NCBI GenBank assembly: GCA_964489425.1
Contig: CAZAYP010000007.1
Span: 17,190 to 81,189 of the forward strand
Reading direction: 5' to 3'
Length of the DNA stretch: 64,000 nt
DNA from: an uncultured Verrucomicrobiota bacterium
GTDB lineage: Bacteria; Verrucomicrobiota; Kiritimatiellia; RZYC01; CAZAYP01
Position numbers and translations under genes: made by a program. Numbering within the stretch: the first letter of the stretch is position 1; every line of letters begins with the position of its first letter. This document shows, one piece after another, positions 36,722-46,873 of this stretch. Below the pieces are notes generated by a model. It saw only the letters and a program-made list of their open reading frames with translations, ran no database searches and was not told the DNA's origin.

Positions 36722-38095
36722 ATGAGCCAGAGCTTGAAAGTGACGCTGAGCGATCAGGAGATGCCCCGGCAATGGTACAATATTCAGGCGGATATGCCCC
36801 ATGCCATGCCTCCGCCCTTGGGGCCCAATGGTCAACCGGTGCGGCCCGAGGATTTGGCCCCGGTGTTCCCGATGAACATCATCGAGCAGGAAGTTTCCCA
36901 GGAGCGCTGGATTGCCATCCCCGAGCCGGTCATTGAGAAGCTTTTGCTCTGGCGGCCCACGCCGCTGTGCCGGGCGCTGAACTTTGAGCGGGCGCTGGGC
37001 ACCCCGGCCAAGATTTATTACAAGAACGAAGGCATGTCGCCGCCCGGCAGCCACAAGCCCAACACGGCCGTGGCCCAGGCCTATTACAACAAGGTGTTTG
37101 GCATCAAGCGCCTGGTCACGGAAACCGGCGCCGGCCAGTGGGGCAGCGCCCTGGCCATGGCCTGCGCGTTGTTCGGGTTGCAGTGCCGGGTCTACATGGT
37201 GCGCGTGAGTTTTGCCCAGAAGCCGTTCCGCAAGCTGATGATGCAGACCTGGGGCGCTGAATGTCTGCCCAGTCCCAGCGAGCGCACCAAGGTGGGCCGC
37301 GACGTGCTGGCCAAAGATCCCGACACGCCCGGCAGCCTGGGGATTGCCATCAGCGAGGCCATCGAGGATTGCGTGTCGTCCCAGGACACGCGCTACTCCC
37401 TGGGCAGCGTGCTCAACCATGTCTGCTTGCACCAGACCGTCATCGGCCTCGAGGCCCGCCAGCAGTTCGAAAAAATCGGCATGTATCCGGACGTGGTGAT
37501 CGGTTGCGTGGGCGGCGGGTCCAACTTTGCCGGCATCGGGTTCCCCTTTGCCCAGGACCGCATCAACGGCAAGAACGTGCGCATCGTGGGCGTGGAACCG
37601 TCCGCCTGCCCGACCATGACCCGCGCGCCGTTTGCTTATGATCATGGCGACATCGCGCGGCTGACCCCGCTGCTGCCCATGCACAGCCTGGGCCATGCGT
37701 TTGTCCCTCCGGCGATTCATGCCGGCGGCCTCCGCTACCATGGAGTGGCCCCGCTTGTCAGCCACCTGCTGCGGGAGAACCTGGCCGAGGCCGCGTCGAT
37801 CAACCAGTTGGAATGCTACGAAGCCGCCGTGCTGTGGGCCCGGACCGAGGGCTTCATCCCCGCGCCCGAGACGGCGCATGCCATTGCCATGACGGTGCGC
37901 GAGGCGCGCCAAGCCAAGGAAGAGGGCCGCGAGAAGGTGATCCTGTTCAACTGGTCCGGCCACGGGCTTATGGATTTGACCGGCTACGATGCCTACCTGA
38001 GCGGCAAGCTGGACAATTACGAGTTGCCCGATGCGGAGATGCGCAAATCCACCGCGGTGATGGACGCGCATCCCAAGCCGCCGCCGCTGAGATAG
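36722..38095 (+). CDS. trpB2: TrpB-like PLP-dependent enzyme (tryptophan synthase beta type 2)
   Basis: '[22 protein letters not shown]' contains the PLP Lys (HK motif). The '…[16 protein letters not shown]' glycine loop and a long TrpB2-type N-terminal extension are present. Confidence 0.8.
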   Translation: MSQSLKVTLSDQEMPRQWYNIQADMPHAMPPPLGPNGQPVRPEDLAPVFPMNIIEQEVSQERWIAIPEPVIEKLLLWRPTPLCRALNFERALGTPAKIYYKNEGMSPPGSHKPNTAVAQAYYNKVFGIKRLVTETGAGQWGSALAMACALFGLQCRVYMVRVSFAQKPFRKLMMQTWGAECLPSPSERTKVGRDVLAKDPDTPGSLGIAISEAIEDCVSSQDTRYSLGSVLNHVCLHQTVIGLEARQQFEKIGMYPDVVIGCVGGGSNFAGIGFPFAQDRINGKNVRIVGVEPSACPTMTRAPFAYDHGDIARLTPLLPMHSLGHAFVPPAIHAGGLRYHGVAPLVSHLLRENLAEAASINQLECYEAAVLWARTEGFIPAPETAHAIAMTVREARQAKEEGREKVILFNWSGHGLMDLTGYDAYLSGKLDNYELPDAEMRKSTAVMDAHPKPPPLR

Positions 38096-38166
38096 TGTCC
38101 GCGGCGGCCGCCGGCGCGGCGTGGCGCGCTCGATGCGCGCCCGCTTAGGGGTAACATGCCCGATCG

Positions 38167-38946
38167 ATGCAGGGAGAACGGATGACGGAAGCTTCCATGG
38201 TTGATGCGTCCTTGCCATTCGAACTGGCGTCGGATGGTCAATCGATGGCTGTGACCATGGCTACCGACAGCCGGTTGATCGACCGGGCGGTGCAGGCGGG
38301 TTGTGTTTTTCTGGCTGGGTTTGCCGTGGCGGACCCGGCACATTTCAAGCTGGTTCTGCGCGAACTGCTGCTGAACGCCCTGGAACATGGCAACCGGCGG
38401 GACCCTTCCAAAACCATCCGGTGTGCCGTCACGTACCTGGGGGACGGCCTGTTCCGGATCACGGTGCAGGATGAAGGGGCCGGCTTCGATTACCGCAACC
38501 TGAACACCCTGATGCCGAACGACCCGCGCCAGGTGCGCCGGCGTGGGTACCCGCTGATCCAATCTCACAGCGAGACCATGGCATTTGAAGATCCCGGCAA
38601 CCGGGTGACGGTGCAGGTCCGGATGCTCCCCGTGGCCGGGCTGGAAGTGGCTGTGGACGCCGGCTGGCTGGTGCTGCGGCCGGGCGCGGATATTACCGCC
38701 AGCGCCGTGGAGTCGATCCGTAAGCGCTTGCTGGACGAACTCGCCGGGGGCCGGCATCGCATCCGGTTCGATCTGCGGAGCGTGGTGGATATCGATTCCG
38801 TGGGGTTGAGCCTGTTCGTGGTCCTCGCCAACATGGCCGATCAATATGCGGATGCCGAACTGGAGATCGTCAATATTCAACAAGGGCTGCGCGACTTGTT
38901 CCACTTGTTGCGCTTGGATCAGCGGTATCGACTCCGCGACGCATAG
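38167..38946 (+). CDS. fusion of RsbW-like anti-sigma serine kinase (HATPase_c) and STAS anti-sigma-antagonist domain
   Basis: 'LLNALEHGN…ITVQDEGAGFD' is the GHKL N/G1 box. C-terminal 'LRSVVDIDSVGLSLFVVLANMAD…LEIVNIQQGLRDLFHL' is a STAS domain. Confidence 0.6.
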   Translation: MQGERMTEASMVDASLPFELASDGQSMAVTMATDSRLIDRAVQAGCVFLAGFAVADPAHFKLVLRELLLNALEHGNRRDPSKTIRCAVTYLGDGLFRITVQDEGAGFDYRNLNTLMPNDPRQVRRRGYPLIQSHSETMAFEDPGNRVTVQVRMLPVAGLEVAVDAGWLVLRPGADITASAVESIRKRLLDELAGGRHRIRFDLRSVVDIDSVGLSLFVVLANMADQYADAELEIVNIQQGLRDLFHLLRLDQRYRLRDA

Positions 38947-38980
38947 TTGCTCCGTTGCCCGGCGCGGCTAGGATGACACC

Positions 38981-41569
38981 ATGGAATATGATGCCGAACT
39001 GCTAGGCGAGTTCAAAGCGGAAGCCAAGGAACACCTGGACTCCATTGAGTCCGACTTCCTGGCCTTGGGCAACAAGGCGGCTCCGCCGGACCGCGCCATG
39101 GTGGACAAGGTGTTCCGGGCCATCCACTCGATCAAGGGCAGCGCCGGGTTCCTGGATTTAATCAAGATCAAGGACCTGGCGCATGTCATGGAGGCGCTGC
39201 TGGTACTGGTCCGTTCGGACAAGCTGAAGCCGGGGCAGGCGCACATTGACGCCTTGCTGGAAGGGGTCGACCACCTCAACCACATGCTGGACGACATGGC
39301 GGCCAGCAACAATCACGACATGCAGGCCACGCATAACAAGCTCACCCGCCTGCTGGAAGAAGCCGCGGCCACCCCGGCCCAGGGCGCGCGCCGGCCGGCT
39401 CCGGTGGTAGCGCCGCCGCCCGTTGTCCGGCCCGGCCCAACGTCGGACGTGCCCCTCCTTGACTTTGATCTGTCCGGCGTTGAGTGGCGGCAGATCCCGC
39501 CGGAATTCAGCCGCCTGTACCAGCTGCGCTACGATCTGACTGCCATGAACACCGGGGCCCGCATTACGCCCTTGGCCCTGTTGCGGCAGCTGTATGACAA
39601 GGGCTACATCGTGGAGGCCCGCGCCCACGTTGCGGCCCGGGACCTGAACGCCCGGTTGGGCGAACTCCCGCTGTGGTGCGATGTGCTGTATGCCACGACC
39701 CTGGATGCGGCGCAGGTCAAAGCCCACACGGCCTGGCCGCCGGTGGCGGTCGCGGAATTGGGATGGCCTTCGAAGCCCCCGGTCATCGACCTGGGGCCGC
39801 CCCCCGCCGCGCCGGCCGTGGCGCCTGAGGCGCCAAGCGAAATCCCCGTTTCGCAGGAAATGTACCAGCGGTTTGCCCTGGAGTCCGGTGAACTGTTGGA
39901 CGCTGCCGAGGACGGCTTGCTGCGCCTGCTCAAGGAACCCGCGCAGCGATCGGACATTTGCCAGGAAACCTTTCGCTGTGTCCACAGCTTCAAGGGCAAC
40001 TGCGGATTTTTTGGGTTGCCGGATTTCGAGAAAGTCAGCCATGCCGCGGAAACCATCATGGACGGGCTGCGCAACGGGTCCCTGGCCTGCTCGGAAAGCG
40101 TGGTCAGCACGCTGCTCGCGGTGATCGATTACCTGCGCGCCGGGCTGGCGCGCGGCGGCCAGGATCATCTGCCGGAGTTGACCGAGCGCGATGCCTGGAT
40201 CGCCCGGCTGGAACAGTTGGGCCAGCCGGACGCCGCCGCGGTGGCCGCCCCCCCGCCGGTTCCGGAGGCCGCCCCGGTGGCGGCGCCGGTGCCGGCCCCG
40301 GTGGCTGAGCCGGCCGCCGAACTCCAGGAATCCGCCCGGCCGGCATCGGCGGCTGCGGCGCCCCAGGCCGCCCGGCAGGATATTCGGGTGGACCTGCAGA
40401 AACTGGACCGGCTGATCAACCTGGTGGGCGAACTGGTCATTGCCGAGGCCATGGTGGTGCGGCACCCGGTGGTCATGCGCGCGGACGACGAGCACCTTGA
40501 GCGCGCCATCCATCATCTGGGCCGCATATCGTCGGACCTTCAGGACATCGCCATGAGCGTGCGGATGATTCCCCTGGCCGGCACGTTCCGCAAGATGAAG
40601 CGCCTGGTGCACGACGTGTCCGCCAAGGCCGGCAAGCAGGTCGAACTCGTCCTGCTGGGCGAAGAAACCGAGATGGACAAGACCGTGATCGAGCAGATCA
40701 ACGATCCCCTGGTGCACATCGTGCGCAACTCCATCGATCACGGCATGGAATCATCCGCGGACCGGGCCGCGGCCGGCAAACCGGCGGCGGGCACGGTCAC
40801 CATCCAGGCCCGGCACCAGGGCGGCGAGGTCTGGCTCAGCATCGCGGACGATGGCCGCGGCTTGAGCCGCGAGAAAATTCTGGCCAAGGCGATCCAGAAA
40901 GGCTTGGTCAAAGGCGATGGCTCCGGCTTGAGCGATGACGATGTGTACCGGATCATTTTCGAGCCCGGTTTTTCCACGGCGGCCGTGGTCACGGATATCT
41001 CCGGCCGCGGCGTCGGCATGGATGTCGTCCGCAAGAACATCGAGAAGCTGAGCGGCCGCGTCGAGGTGCGCACCCAGCCCGGGCAGGGCACCACCGTGAT
41101 CCTGCGCATCCCGCTGACCCTGGCGATCATTGACGGCATGCTGGTGCGGGTGGGCCAGGCGCAGTACACGATCCCGTTGCTCGCCATCCGCGAGTCGTTG
41201 CGGCCCGAATCCCGGCACATCACGCAACTGCCGGACGGCGTGGAAATCGTGCGGGTGCGCGAGGAAATGGTGCCCGTGCTGCGCCTGCACCACCTGTTCG
41301 AACAAACCGCGGACTGCGCCCGGTTGGAGGAGGGGCTGCTGATCATCATCGAGGCTGACGGCGAACCGGCCGCCCTGCTGGTGGATGAAATTGTCGGCCA
41401 GCAGCAGGCGGTCATCAAGGGCCTGTCCGCCTACCTGGGCAAGGCGCGGGGCGTGTCCGGGTGTACCATCCTCGGCAACGGCGAAGTGAGCCTGATCCTC
41501 GACGTGGCCAGCCTCATCAAGATGGCCCAGCAGAAAACCGCCGCCGCGGCCGCCGCGCGCGGCGATTAG
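38981..41569 (+). CDS. cheA: chemotaxis histidine kinase CheA with two HPt domains
   Basis: HPt1 'FRAIHSIKGSAGFLD' and HPt2 'FRCVHSFKGNCGFFG' are present. HATPase 'DPLVHIVRNSIDHG…ADDGRGL…GRGVGMDVV' and a C-terminal CheW-like domain follow. Confidence 0.85.
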   Translation: MEYDAELLGEFKAEAKEHLDSIESDFLALGNKAAPPDRAMVDKVFRAIHSIKGSAGFLDLIKIKDLAHVMEALLVLVRSDKLKPGQAHIDALLEGVDHLNHMLDDMAASNNHDMQATHNKLTRLLEEAAATPAQGARRPAPVVAPPPVVRPGPTSDVPLLDFDLSGVEWRQIPPEFSRLYQLRYDLTAMNTGARITPLALLRQLYDKGYIVEARAHVAARDLNARLGELPLWCDVLYATTLDAAQVKAHTAWPPVAVAELGWPSKPPVIDLGPPPAAPAVAPEAPSEIPVSQEMYQRFALESGELLDAAEDGLLRLLKEPAQRSDICQETFRCVHSFKGNCGFFGLPDFEKVSHAAETIMDGLRNGSLACSESVVSTLLAVIDYLRAGLARGGQDHLPELTERDAWIARLEQLGQPDAAAVAAPPPVPEAAPVAAPVPAPVAEPAAELQESARPASAAAAPQAARQDIRVDLQKLDRLINLVGELVIAEAMVVRHPVVMRADDEHLERAIHHLGRISSDLQDIAMSVRMIPLAGTFRKMKRLVHDVSAKAGKQVELVLLGEETEMDKTVIEQINDPLVHIVRNSIDHGMESSADRAAAGKPAAGTVTIQARHQGGEVWLSIADDGRGLSREKILAKAIQKGLVKGDGSGLSDDDVYRIIFEPGFSTAAVVTDISGRGVGMDVVRKNIEKLSGRVEVRTQPGQGTTVILRIPLTLAIIDGMLVRVGQAQYTIPLLAIRESLRPESRHITQLPDGVEIVRVREEMVPVLRLHHLFEQTADCARLEEGLLIIIEADGEPAALLVDEIVGQQQAVIKGLSAYLGKARGVSGCTILGNGEVSLILDVASLIKMAQQKTAAAAAARGD

Positions 41570-41576
41570 GCGGGAC

Positions 41577-42470
41577 GTGCGCATGCCTGAGCCGGACACT
41601 TCCGCGGCCGATATCCTGCCGCAACCCTTTGCCATGATGACCCTTACGGACGAGGAGTTCGGCCGCATCCGGGATCTCGTGTATGCGCACTTTGGCATCC
41701 GTCTGACCCCCGAAAAAAAATGCCTGGTGGTGGGCCGGTTGCAGAAGCTTCTGCGCCAGCGCGGATTCGAATCGTTCGGCGCTTACCTGGACTTCCTGGA
41801 GCAGGCGCCGACCCCCGAGAACTTGTCCGAGCTGGTGAACCGCATCTCCACCAACCACACCTTTTTCTTTCGCGAGCGGGAGCATTTCGATTACCTCGTC
41901 CACCACGCGTTGCCGGCCGTGATGGCGCTGCTGAAGCCGCACAACACCCGTGACCTTCGCGTGTGGTGCGCCGCCTGCGCCAGCGGCGAAGAGGCGTACA
42001 CCCTGATGATGCTGATCATGGATTTGCTCGGCGCCGAGTATTCCGCGTGGAACGCGGGGTTGCTGGCCACGGATATTTCCGAGAAAGCGCTCGCCGTGGC
42101 GCGCGCGGGAACCTACCCGGCCGACCGGCTCCAGGCGGTGCCCGCGGAGCTTCGCCAGCGCCATTTCCAGCGCCTGCCTGCGGGCGAGTGGCAGGTCGCG
42201 CTGCGCGTCCGCCGGGAGATCGTGTTCCGGCGCTTCAACCTGATGAACGCGGTGTTCCCGTTCAAAAAGCCGTTCCACGTGATCTTTTGCCGCAACGTGA
42301 TGATCTACTTCGATGCGCCCACGCGGGACGCCCTGGCCCGGCGCTTGTTCCAGGCGCTGGCGCCGGGCGGCTACCTGTTCATCGGCCACTCCGAAACCCT
42401 GGGCCGCGATAAAACGCCGTTCGAGTACCTGGGCCCGGCCATGTACCGCCGGCCGCTGGCCGGCGGATGA
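41577..42470 (+). CDS. cheR: chemotaxis protein methyltransferase CheR
   Basis: 'TNHTFFFRE…RVWCAACASGEEAYTLMM…VIFCRNVMIYFD' are CheR SAM-MTase signatures. Confidence 0.8.
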   Translation: MRMPEPDTSAADILPQPFAMMTLTDEEFGRIRDLVYAHFGIRLTPEKKCLVVGRLQKLLRQRGFESFGAYLDFLEQAPTPENLSELVNRISTNHTFFFREREHFDYLVHHALPAVMALLKPHNTRDLRVWCAACASGEEAYTLMMLIMDLLGAEYSAWNAGLLATDISEKALAVARAGTYPADRLQAVPAELRQRHFQRLPAGEWQVALRVRREIVFRRFNLMNAVFPFKKPFHVIFCRNVMIYFDAPTRDALARRLFQALAPGGYLFIGHSETLGRDKTPFEYLGPAMYRRPLAGG

Positions 42471-42476
42471 GCGTTT

Positions 42477-43301
42477 CTAGAACACCAACCCGGCCTTGAG
42501 TCCGAAAATCTGGGCTTCCGACTGGGGTTGCATGATCTCCGTCTGGGGGTCGGCCTCCGAGGCGGCGAACTTCAGTTCCTCGTAAAACAGCGCCACGTAC
42601 CCATGGTAAATATCGGCGCCGGCTTCCGCGTAGAGCGAGCTTTTCTTCCCCGGCTTCAAGGTCACCTCCTGGGTGCCGCCGGCCACCGGCATGTCGACCT
42701 TCTCGTTGTTGTAGAACGGAAACCGCAGCGTGATCCGGCCGAACAGGTTCACCCGGGAAGTCACCCGGCCGACCAGGCCCACGCCGAGGTTGGCGTACGC
42801 GGTGGTCCAATATTCCGTGTAGCCGTACTGCCGATCTTCGTCGGTGCCGGTGCCCAGTTCGCGTTTCCACAGGCGCGCGCCGGCCCCGGCAAACGGCTGC
42901 ACCTGCAACGCCGCCGACGCTGGCAGATACACCACGAAGTTGGCTTCGCCCTTGCCCCCGGTGTAGGTGGTTTTGCTCGTGTACGGCACCAGCAACGGAC
43001 CATTCGGGTTGTCCAGTTGCAGGTAACCGCTGTAATCGATTTGTCCATAGGACATCTCCCCCAGCGCCTCCACGCCCACCCGCGCGTTGAACGGCACCGC
43101 CAGCCGCAGCCCGCCGCCATATCGCGGCCCGGTCTCCTTGACAAACTCACGGCCGCCCATGGTTTCCTGCCATTCAAAGCGTTCCGCCAGGCCGTAGATG
43201 TTGGCCTGCCACTGGTTGGTGGCCGCCGTGCCGGCGCTCGCCATCCCCATGGTTCCCATCCAGCCCGCTGCCAGCATGCCCCACAGCCTGATCTTCATCA
43301 T
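42477..43301 (-). CDS. outer-membrane beta-barrel protein
   Basis: Signal peptide 'MMKIRLWGMLAAGWMGTMGMASA'. Alternating amphipathic strands. C-terminal '…GLKAGLVF' ends in an aromatic residue. Confidence 0.55.
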   Translation of the reverse strand: MMKIRLWGMLAAGWMGTMGMASAGTAATNQWQANIYGLAERFEWQETMGGREFVKETGPRYGGGLRLAVPFNARVGVEALGEMSYGQIDYSGYLQLDNPNGPLLVPYTSKTTYTGGKGEANFVVYLPASAALQVQPFAGAGARLWKRELGTGTDEDRQYGYTEYWTTAYANLGVGLVGRVTSRVNLFGRITLRFPFYNNEKVDMPVAGGTQEVTLKPGKKSSLYAEAGADIYHGYVALFYEELKFAASEADPQTEIMQPQSEAQIFGLKAGLVF

Positions 43302-43460
43302 GCGCTCCTTGTTTGCAACCCATGGTAACCAGACTTGCGCTGGTCGGCAACCTTATAGCTTTTTTGTGCATTTTCCAAGCGGTTGAGGCTTGGATGGACC
43401 GGCGGAAAATGGTAGAAAATTTGTTGAGTATCGAATATTCCCAAGAAAGGAGAGCTCTGC

Positions 43461-43925
43461 ATGCACGACGAATGTTGTCCCCGATTCAATCCTGATCCAT
43501 GGAACGAAAAAGTGCTCACCTGGGAAAACCGGCGCTTTGTCAAAGATCGCGTGACCAGTTTCCTCCATATCCCGTTGAATTTTGGCGCGGTGATGAAGCG
43601 GAACATGGCCGCCATCCAGGCCGCCAGCGCCGAACCCGAAGCCATGGTGGTGCTGTCGGACGAGAATTCGCTGTGGGGGGCGGACGTATATATCGAGGTA
43701 ACCAAGGAAATTCCCGTAAAAACCATGGCAACCATCTCCGGGACCTTCCTGTCCAAGGTGTTCGAAGGCCCCTACCAGAACATGCGCAAATGGATCGAAG
43801 AAATGCAGGCCTACGTGAAGGGCCAGGGCCGGGAGTTCCGAAAGCTCTACTTCTACTATACAACCTGCCCCAAGTGCGCCAAGAAGTACGGCAAGAACTA
43901 CGTGGTCATCCTGGCCCAGGTCTGA
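43461..43925 (+). CDS. hypothetical protein (154 aa)
   Basis: Strong RBS AAAGGAGAG lies 8 nt upstream. No recognisable motif. Lower local GC. Confidence 0.4.
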   Translation: MHDECCPRFNPDPWNEKVLTWENRRFVKDRVTSFLHIPLNFGAVMKRNMAAIQAASAEPEAMVVLSDENSLWGADVYIEVTKEIPVKTMATISGTFLSKVFEGPYQNMRKWIEEMQAYVKGQGREFRKLYFYYTTCPKCAKKYGKNYVVILAQV

Positions 43926-44045
43926 GGCGTGGTCGGACGTTGCGAGAAGACCGCGACCTTGCCCTGAAAGCACCCCTCGCAACAAGAACCATGGAATAAC
44001 TCATGGACCGGCCGTGCGGGCTCCGGTCCATGGATAAGGAGATAC

Positions 44046-44453
44046 ATGAGAAATATGACCCTTGCGGCATTTGTGGCGGTTTGCATCCTGCAGTCCGCCG
44101 TTCTTGCCAGGGCCGGTGAATTGCCCAGGAAAACAGCCAACTATTACAAGGCGCTTGCTGAGCAGAACCTCGGGAAGGAAGTGGTCATCGACGTGACCCA
44201 TGTTACGCCCGAAGAAGTGCTCGACCTCGTGTCGATCCCCGACCATACCGTGCTTATTGCCCATACCTACAACCAGGCATACGGGGGATGGATTCATGTG
44301 GCTGTGCCAAATCCACAGGCAGAGAGCTTCCTGAAGCGGTTTGGCACCAGCACGGAATTCTCTCGTCCGTTGGTCCCCAAAACAAAACCGCTCAAAGGCA
44401 TTCTCAAGAAAACAGGCAAAGGCATTTCCTACATCTTGTATCCGCAATCGTGA
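44046..44453 (+). CDS. secreted hypothetical protein (135 aa)
   Basis: RBS AAGGAGA. Signal peptide 'MRNMTLAAFVAVCILQSAVLARA'. Confidence 0.4.
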   Translation: MRNMTLAAFVAVCILQSAVLARAGELPRKTANYYKALAEQNLGKEVVIDVTHVTPEEVLDLVSIPDHTVLIAHTYNQAYGGWIHVAVPNPQAESFLKRFGTSTEFSRPLVPKTKPLKGILKKTGKGISYILYPQS

Positions 44454-44522
44454 GCCCTGGTCGGTGCCGGCACGGTTTTAATGAACTGTTCCGGGGGCTG
44501 ACCTTCCTAAACAAAGCCTCGG

Positions 44523-45134
44523 GTGCGGTGTACTATTGGAACACGCCTGTGTTCGAAACATCAAATCAGCAGGGGTCATATGCAAGTCCAGGGGAAAGCA
44601 GAGTCGGTTGACGCGAACCGCCCGGCCGCAGGCGCCAGCATGGTCCAACCGAGACGGCGGAAGGATTGGCAGTGGGTTTTCTCTCTCGCCATGGTGGTGG
44701 GTGTCCTTGTTTTCGTAGGCTTGCAGTATCGCTGGAATTATACGGTGCAGTGGGGGGCACCAATGATTGAGCGGCCGCAGTTCCGCGGGGCGGATGGGAC
44801 GGAAATGCCCGCACGCTACACAGAAGCAGACGTGCAGCAACTGCTGGCAGCGCTCCAGGAAAAAGTCACCCAAGGGTGTGCGGATGCAATCCCACGGCAA
44901 CGGCGGCTATCGTTGTTTAAGCCGCAAGCCCAATGGGTCATGGAAACCCAGTTCAGTGAATTGAGAAACGGCGCATTTACCCTGACGGTCAAGTCGCATG
45001 ACGGCCGCAGCGCGCAGGCTCTTGGCGAATGGAGCGGCACCTTCCAAAGTCCGGATGAGTACCGCGCCGAGATGGCTCGATTCAGTCATGAAATCGCCGC
45101 TGGCCTCATCACGGCCGGGACCCGCCAACTGTAG
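44523..45134 (+). CDS. membrane-anchored hypothetical protein
   Basis: ORF with one TM 'WQWVFSLAMVVGVLVFVGL'. Start uncertain; possible internal starts are near 44580 or 44640. Confidence 0.3.
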   Translation: MRCTIGTRLCSKHQISRGHMQVQGKAESVDANRPAAGASMVQPRRRKDWQWVFSLAMVVGVLVFVGLQYRWNYTVQWGAPMIERPQFRGADGTEMPARYTEADVQQLLAALQEKVTQGCADAIPRQRRLSLFKPQAQWVMETQFSELRNGAFTLTVKSHDGRSAQALGEWSGTFQSPDEYRAEMARFSHEIAAGLITAGTRQL

Positions 45135-45222
45135 GGTCAAGTTTCTTCGTGATGGGCTCGCGCAAGGTGTTCCATTTCCTGATGTTCAGCACGGGGGCGA
45201 TGCTCCCAAACGCGCGGCACCG

Positions 45223-46863
45223 CTATTCCCGGCGAGAGACGGACGGCGCCGGCACGTTTTCCAGGAACTGTTCGGGCAGCACCCAGCGCAGGGCATTGTA
45301 GTACACCGGCCAGTTGGTGCTGTTAATCACGGCGGGTGTGCGGCCGCCGTCATACTCGGCACCGTAATAGGATCCAAGCGCGCCGGCGGGGTTCGCCATG
45401 TTGATCCATGCGGCCAGCAACGAGGCGGCGCTCAGGTCCCGCACCCCGCATCCGAGGTTTGCGCTGTAACGGGTGAACCATGGCGCCGGGCCGGTACGGC
45501 CGCGCCACGTGGTGTAATCCAGGCTGTAGGTCAATTCGCGCTGTGGGGCCAGGGTGGTGCGGTCATAGGTCACTACGGTGAAGCCAGGGTTGTTGCCGTG
45601 ATTGTAAAGAATCCCGTTGGCCACGTGGATAACGGCCGTCACATTGGACGTGGCCGGGTCGTTGGCCAGGTACCAGTAGCGGGTGTGGCTGTGGCCGCTG
45701 AACACGCTGGCCACCGTGCCGGAGTAGGTGGCCAGGATCTCCATGAAGCGCCGGGGAAAACCCGGCGTCCAGTCGGTGGCGGCATACTCTGTCTGGCCCG
45801 TGCGCCAGTGCGACCACGTATCATAGGCGTCCACGCCTGGCGGGATGTGGGCGAGGATCCACGCCGGCCGGCCCGCGGCGGCGCAGGCGGCGAGCTGGGT
45901 TTCCAGGTAAACCAGTTGGTTGCTGGCGCCGGCCGTGCCGCGCAGATAGTTGGCGGAGAGGAACGTGGTCTCCAGGCTGATGATCTCGCCGCGGCCAAAC
46001 GGCACGCGGTACAGCCCCTGGTTGGTGTAGGTGGCCACGAACGCCGCGTAATCGTAGCCGGGCGCGTTGCTCAGGCCGGCGTGGAACAGGGGCGCGGTAT
46101 CGGTAAAAAAAGCGTCGCCCTCGGTGATGTCATAGTCGGTCAGGTAGGTGTCGTTGTTGCCCAGGCTGAAGTAGATGGGCGTGGCCGGGAAATACTGCCG
46201 CACCTTGAGCAGAACATAGTCCACCGTCTTCAGCAGGAGCGCGCGCCCGTGGTCGGCGCTGGTGTCGCCGGTGATATGCCGATAAAAGTTGGTCAGGTCA
46301 TAATAGGGGAAATCGCCGGGCAGGATGACCGCGTCCGGATTCGGGCACGCGGCCCAGGCGTTGGTCAGCGCCGAGTCCAGCAGGCGCGGAGTGGTCACGG
46401 CCTTGGTGGTGGCATCGGCGGTGAAATACCCGTTGGTGGCGGCCGCGAAAAAGCTGTCCCACTCGGCCACGTCCACCTGCCATAGCTGGGTGGCCACGGC
46501 GCTGGACAGGAACGGGCTCAGGTGCATGTCGGAGATGATCAGCGCCCGGCCCAAGGGGTTCGTGTAGGCCGCAGCATCGGCCACGCGGTAGAATACGGAT
46601 GGGTCCGGCGGGAGCGGAATCGTGCAACTGGCCGTGGCCCCGGTGGCCATCAGGCCGGTGATGAGCGGGGCAAACGTGGGGTAGGGGGCCAGCCACTCGG
46701 CCGACTCCACGGTGTAGACGCGGTTGGTGTCCGCAGCCCATTCGACTTGGAAACCGTCCGGGGCGCGGCGGAACTCCGCCATGTCGGGCGCGGTCGCCGC
46801 GCACCCGGCGGCCACCATCACCAGGACAAAGCCCGAACCCAGCGAAACAACGCTGCTTTTCAA
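45223..46863 (-). CDS. secreted/lipoprotein calcineurin-like metallophosphoesterase
   Basis: 'VMVAAGCA' is a lipobox-like N-terminus. 'GDFPYYD', 'LGNNDTY' (GNHD) and 'SGHSHTRY' (GHxH) are metallophosphatase motifs. Confidence 0.65.
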   Translation of the reverse strand: MKSSVVSLGSGFVLVMVAAGCAATAPDMAEFRRAPDGFQVEWAADTNRVYTVESAEWLAPYPTFAPLITGLMATGATASCTIPLPPDPSVFYRVADAAAYTNPLGRALIISDMHLSPFLSSAVATQLWQVDVAEWDSFFAAATNGYFTADATTKAVTTPRLLDSALTNAWAACPNPDAVILPGDFPYYDLTNFYRHITGDTSADHGRALLLKTVDYVLLKVRQYFPATPIYFSLGNNDTYLTDYDITEGDAFFTDTAPLFHAGLSNAPGYDYAAFVATYTNQGLYRVPFGRGEIISLETTFLSANYLRGTAGASNQLVYLETQLAACAAAGRPAWILAHIPPGVDAYDTWSHWRTGQTEYAATDWTPGFPRRFMEILATYSGTVASVFSGHSHTRYWYLANDPATSNVTAVIHVANGILYNHGNNPGFTVVTYDRTTLAPQRELTYSLDYTTWRGRTGPAPWFTRYSANLGCGVRDLSAASLLAAWINMANPAGALGSYYGAEYDGGRTPAVINSTNWPVYYNALRWVLPEQFLENVPAPSVSRRE

Positions 46864-46873
46864 GCGTTAACCC

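Noticed and set aside
36554-38218. 554-aa minus-strand ORF opposite trpB2
   Set aside because: TrpB2 on the plus strand has the PLP-Lys and glycine loop. The antisense product is low-complexity.
39158-41698. Minus-strand ORFs (39158..40741, 40751..41698) inside cheA
   Set aside because: CheA HPt/HATPase/CheW motifs are unambiguous on the plus strand.
44998-46485. 495-aa plus-strand ORF overlapping the metallophosphoesterase gene
   Set aside because: The minus-strand product has GNHD/GHxH metallophosphatase motifs and a signal peptide. The plus-strand product is Gly/Ala/Arg/Val-rich.
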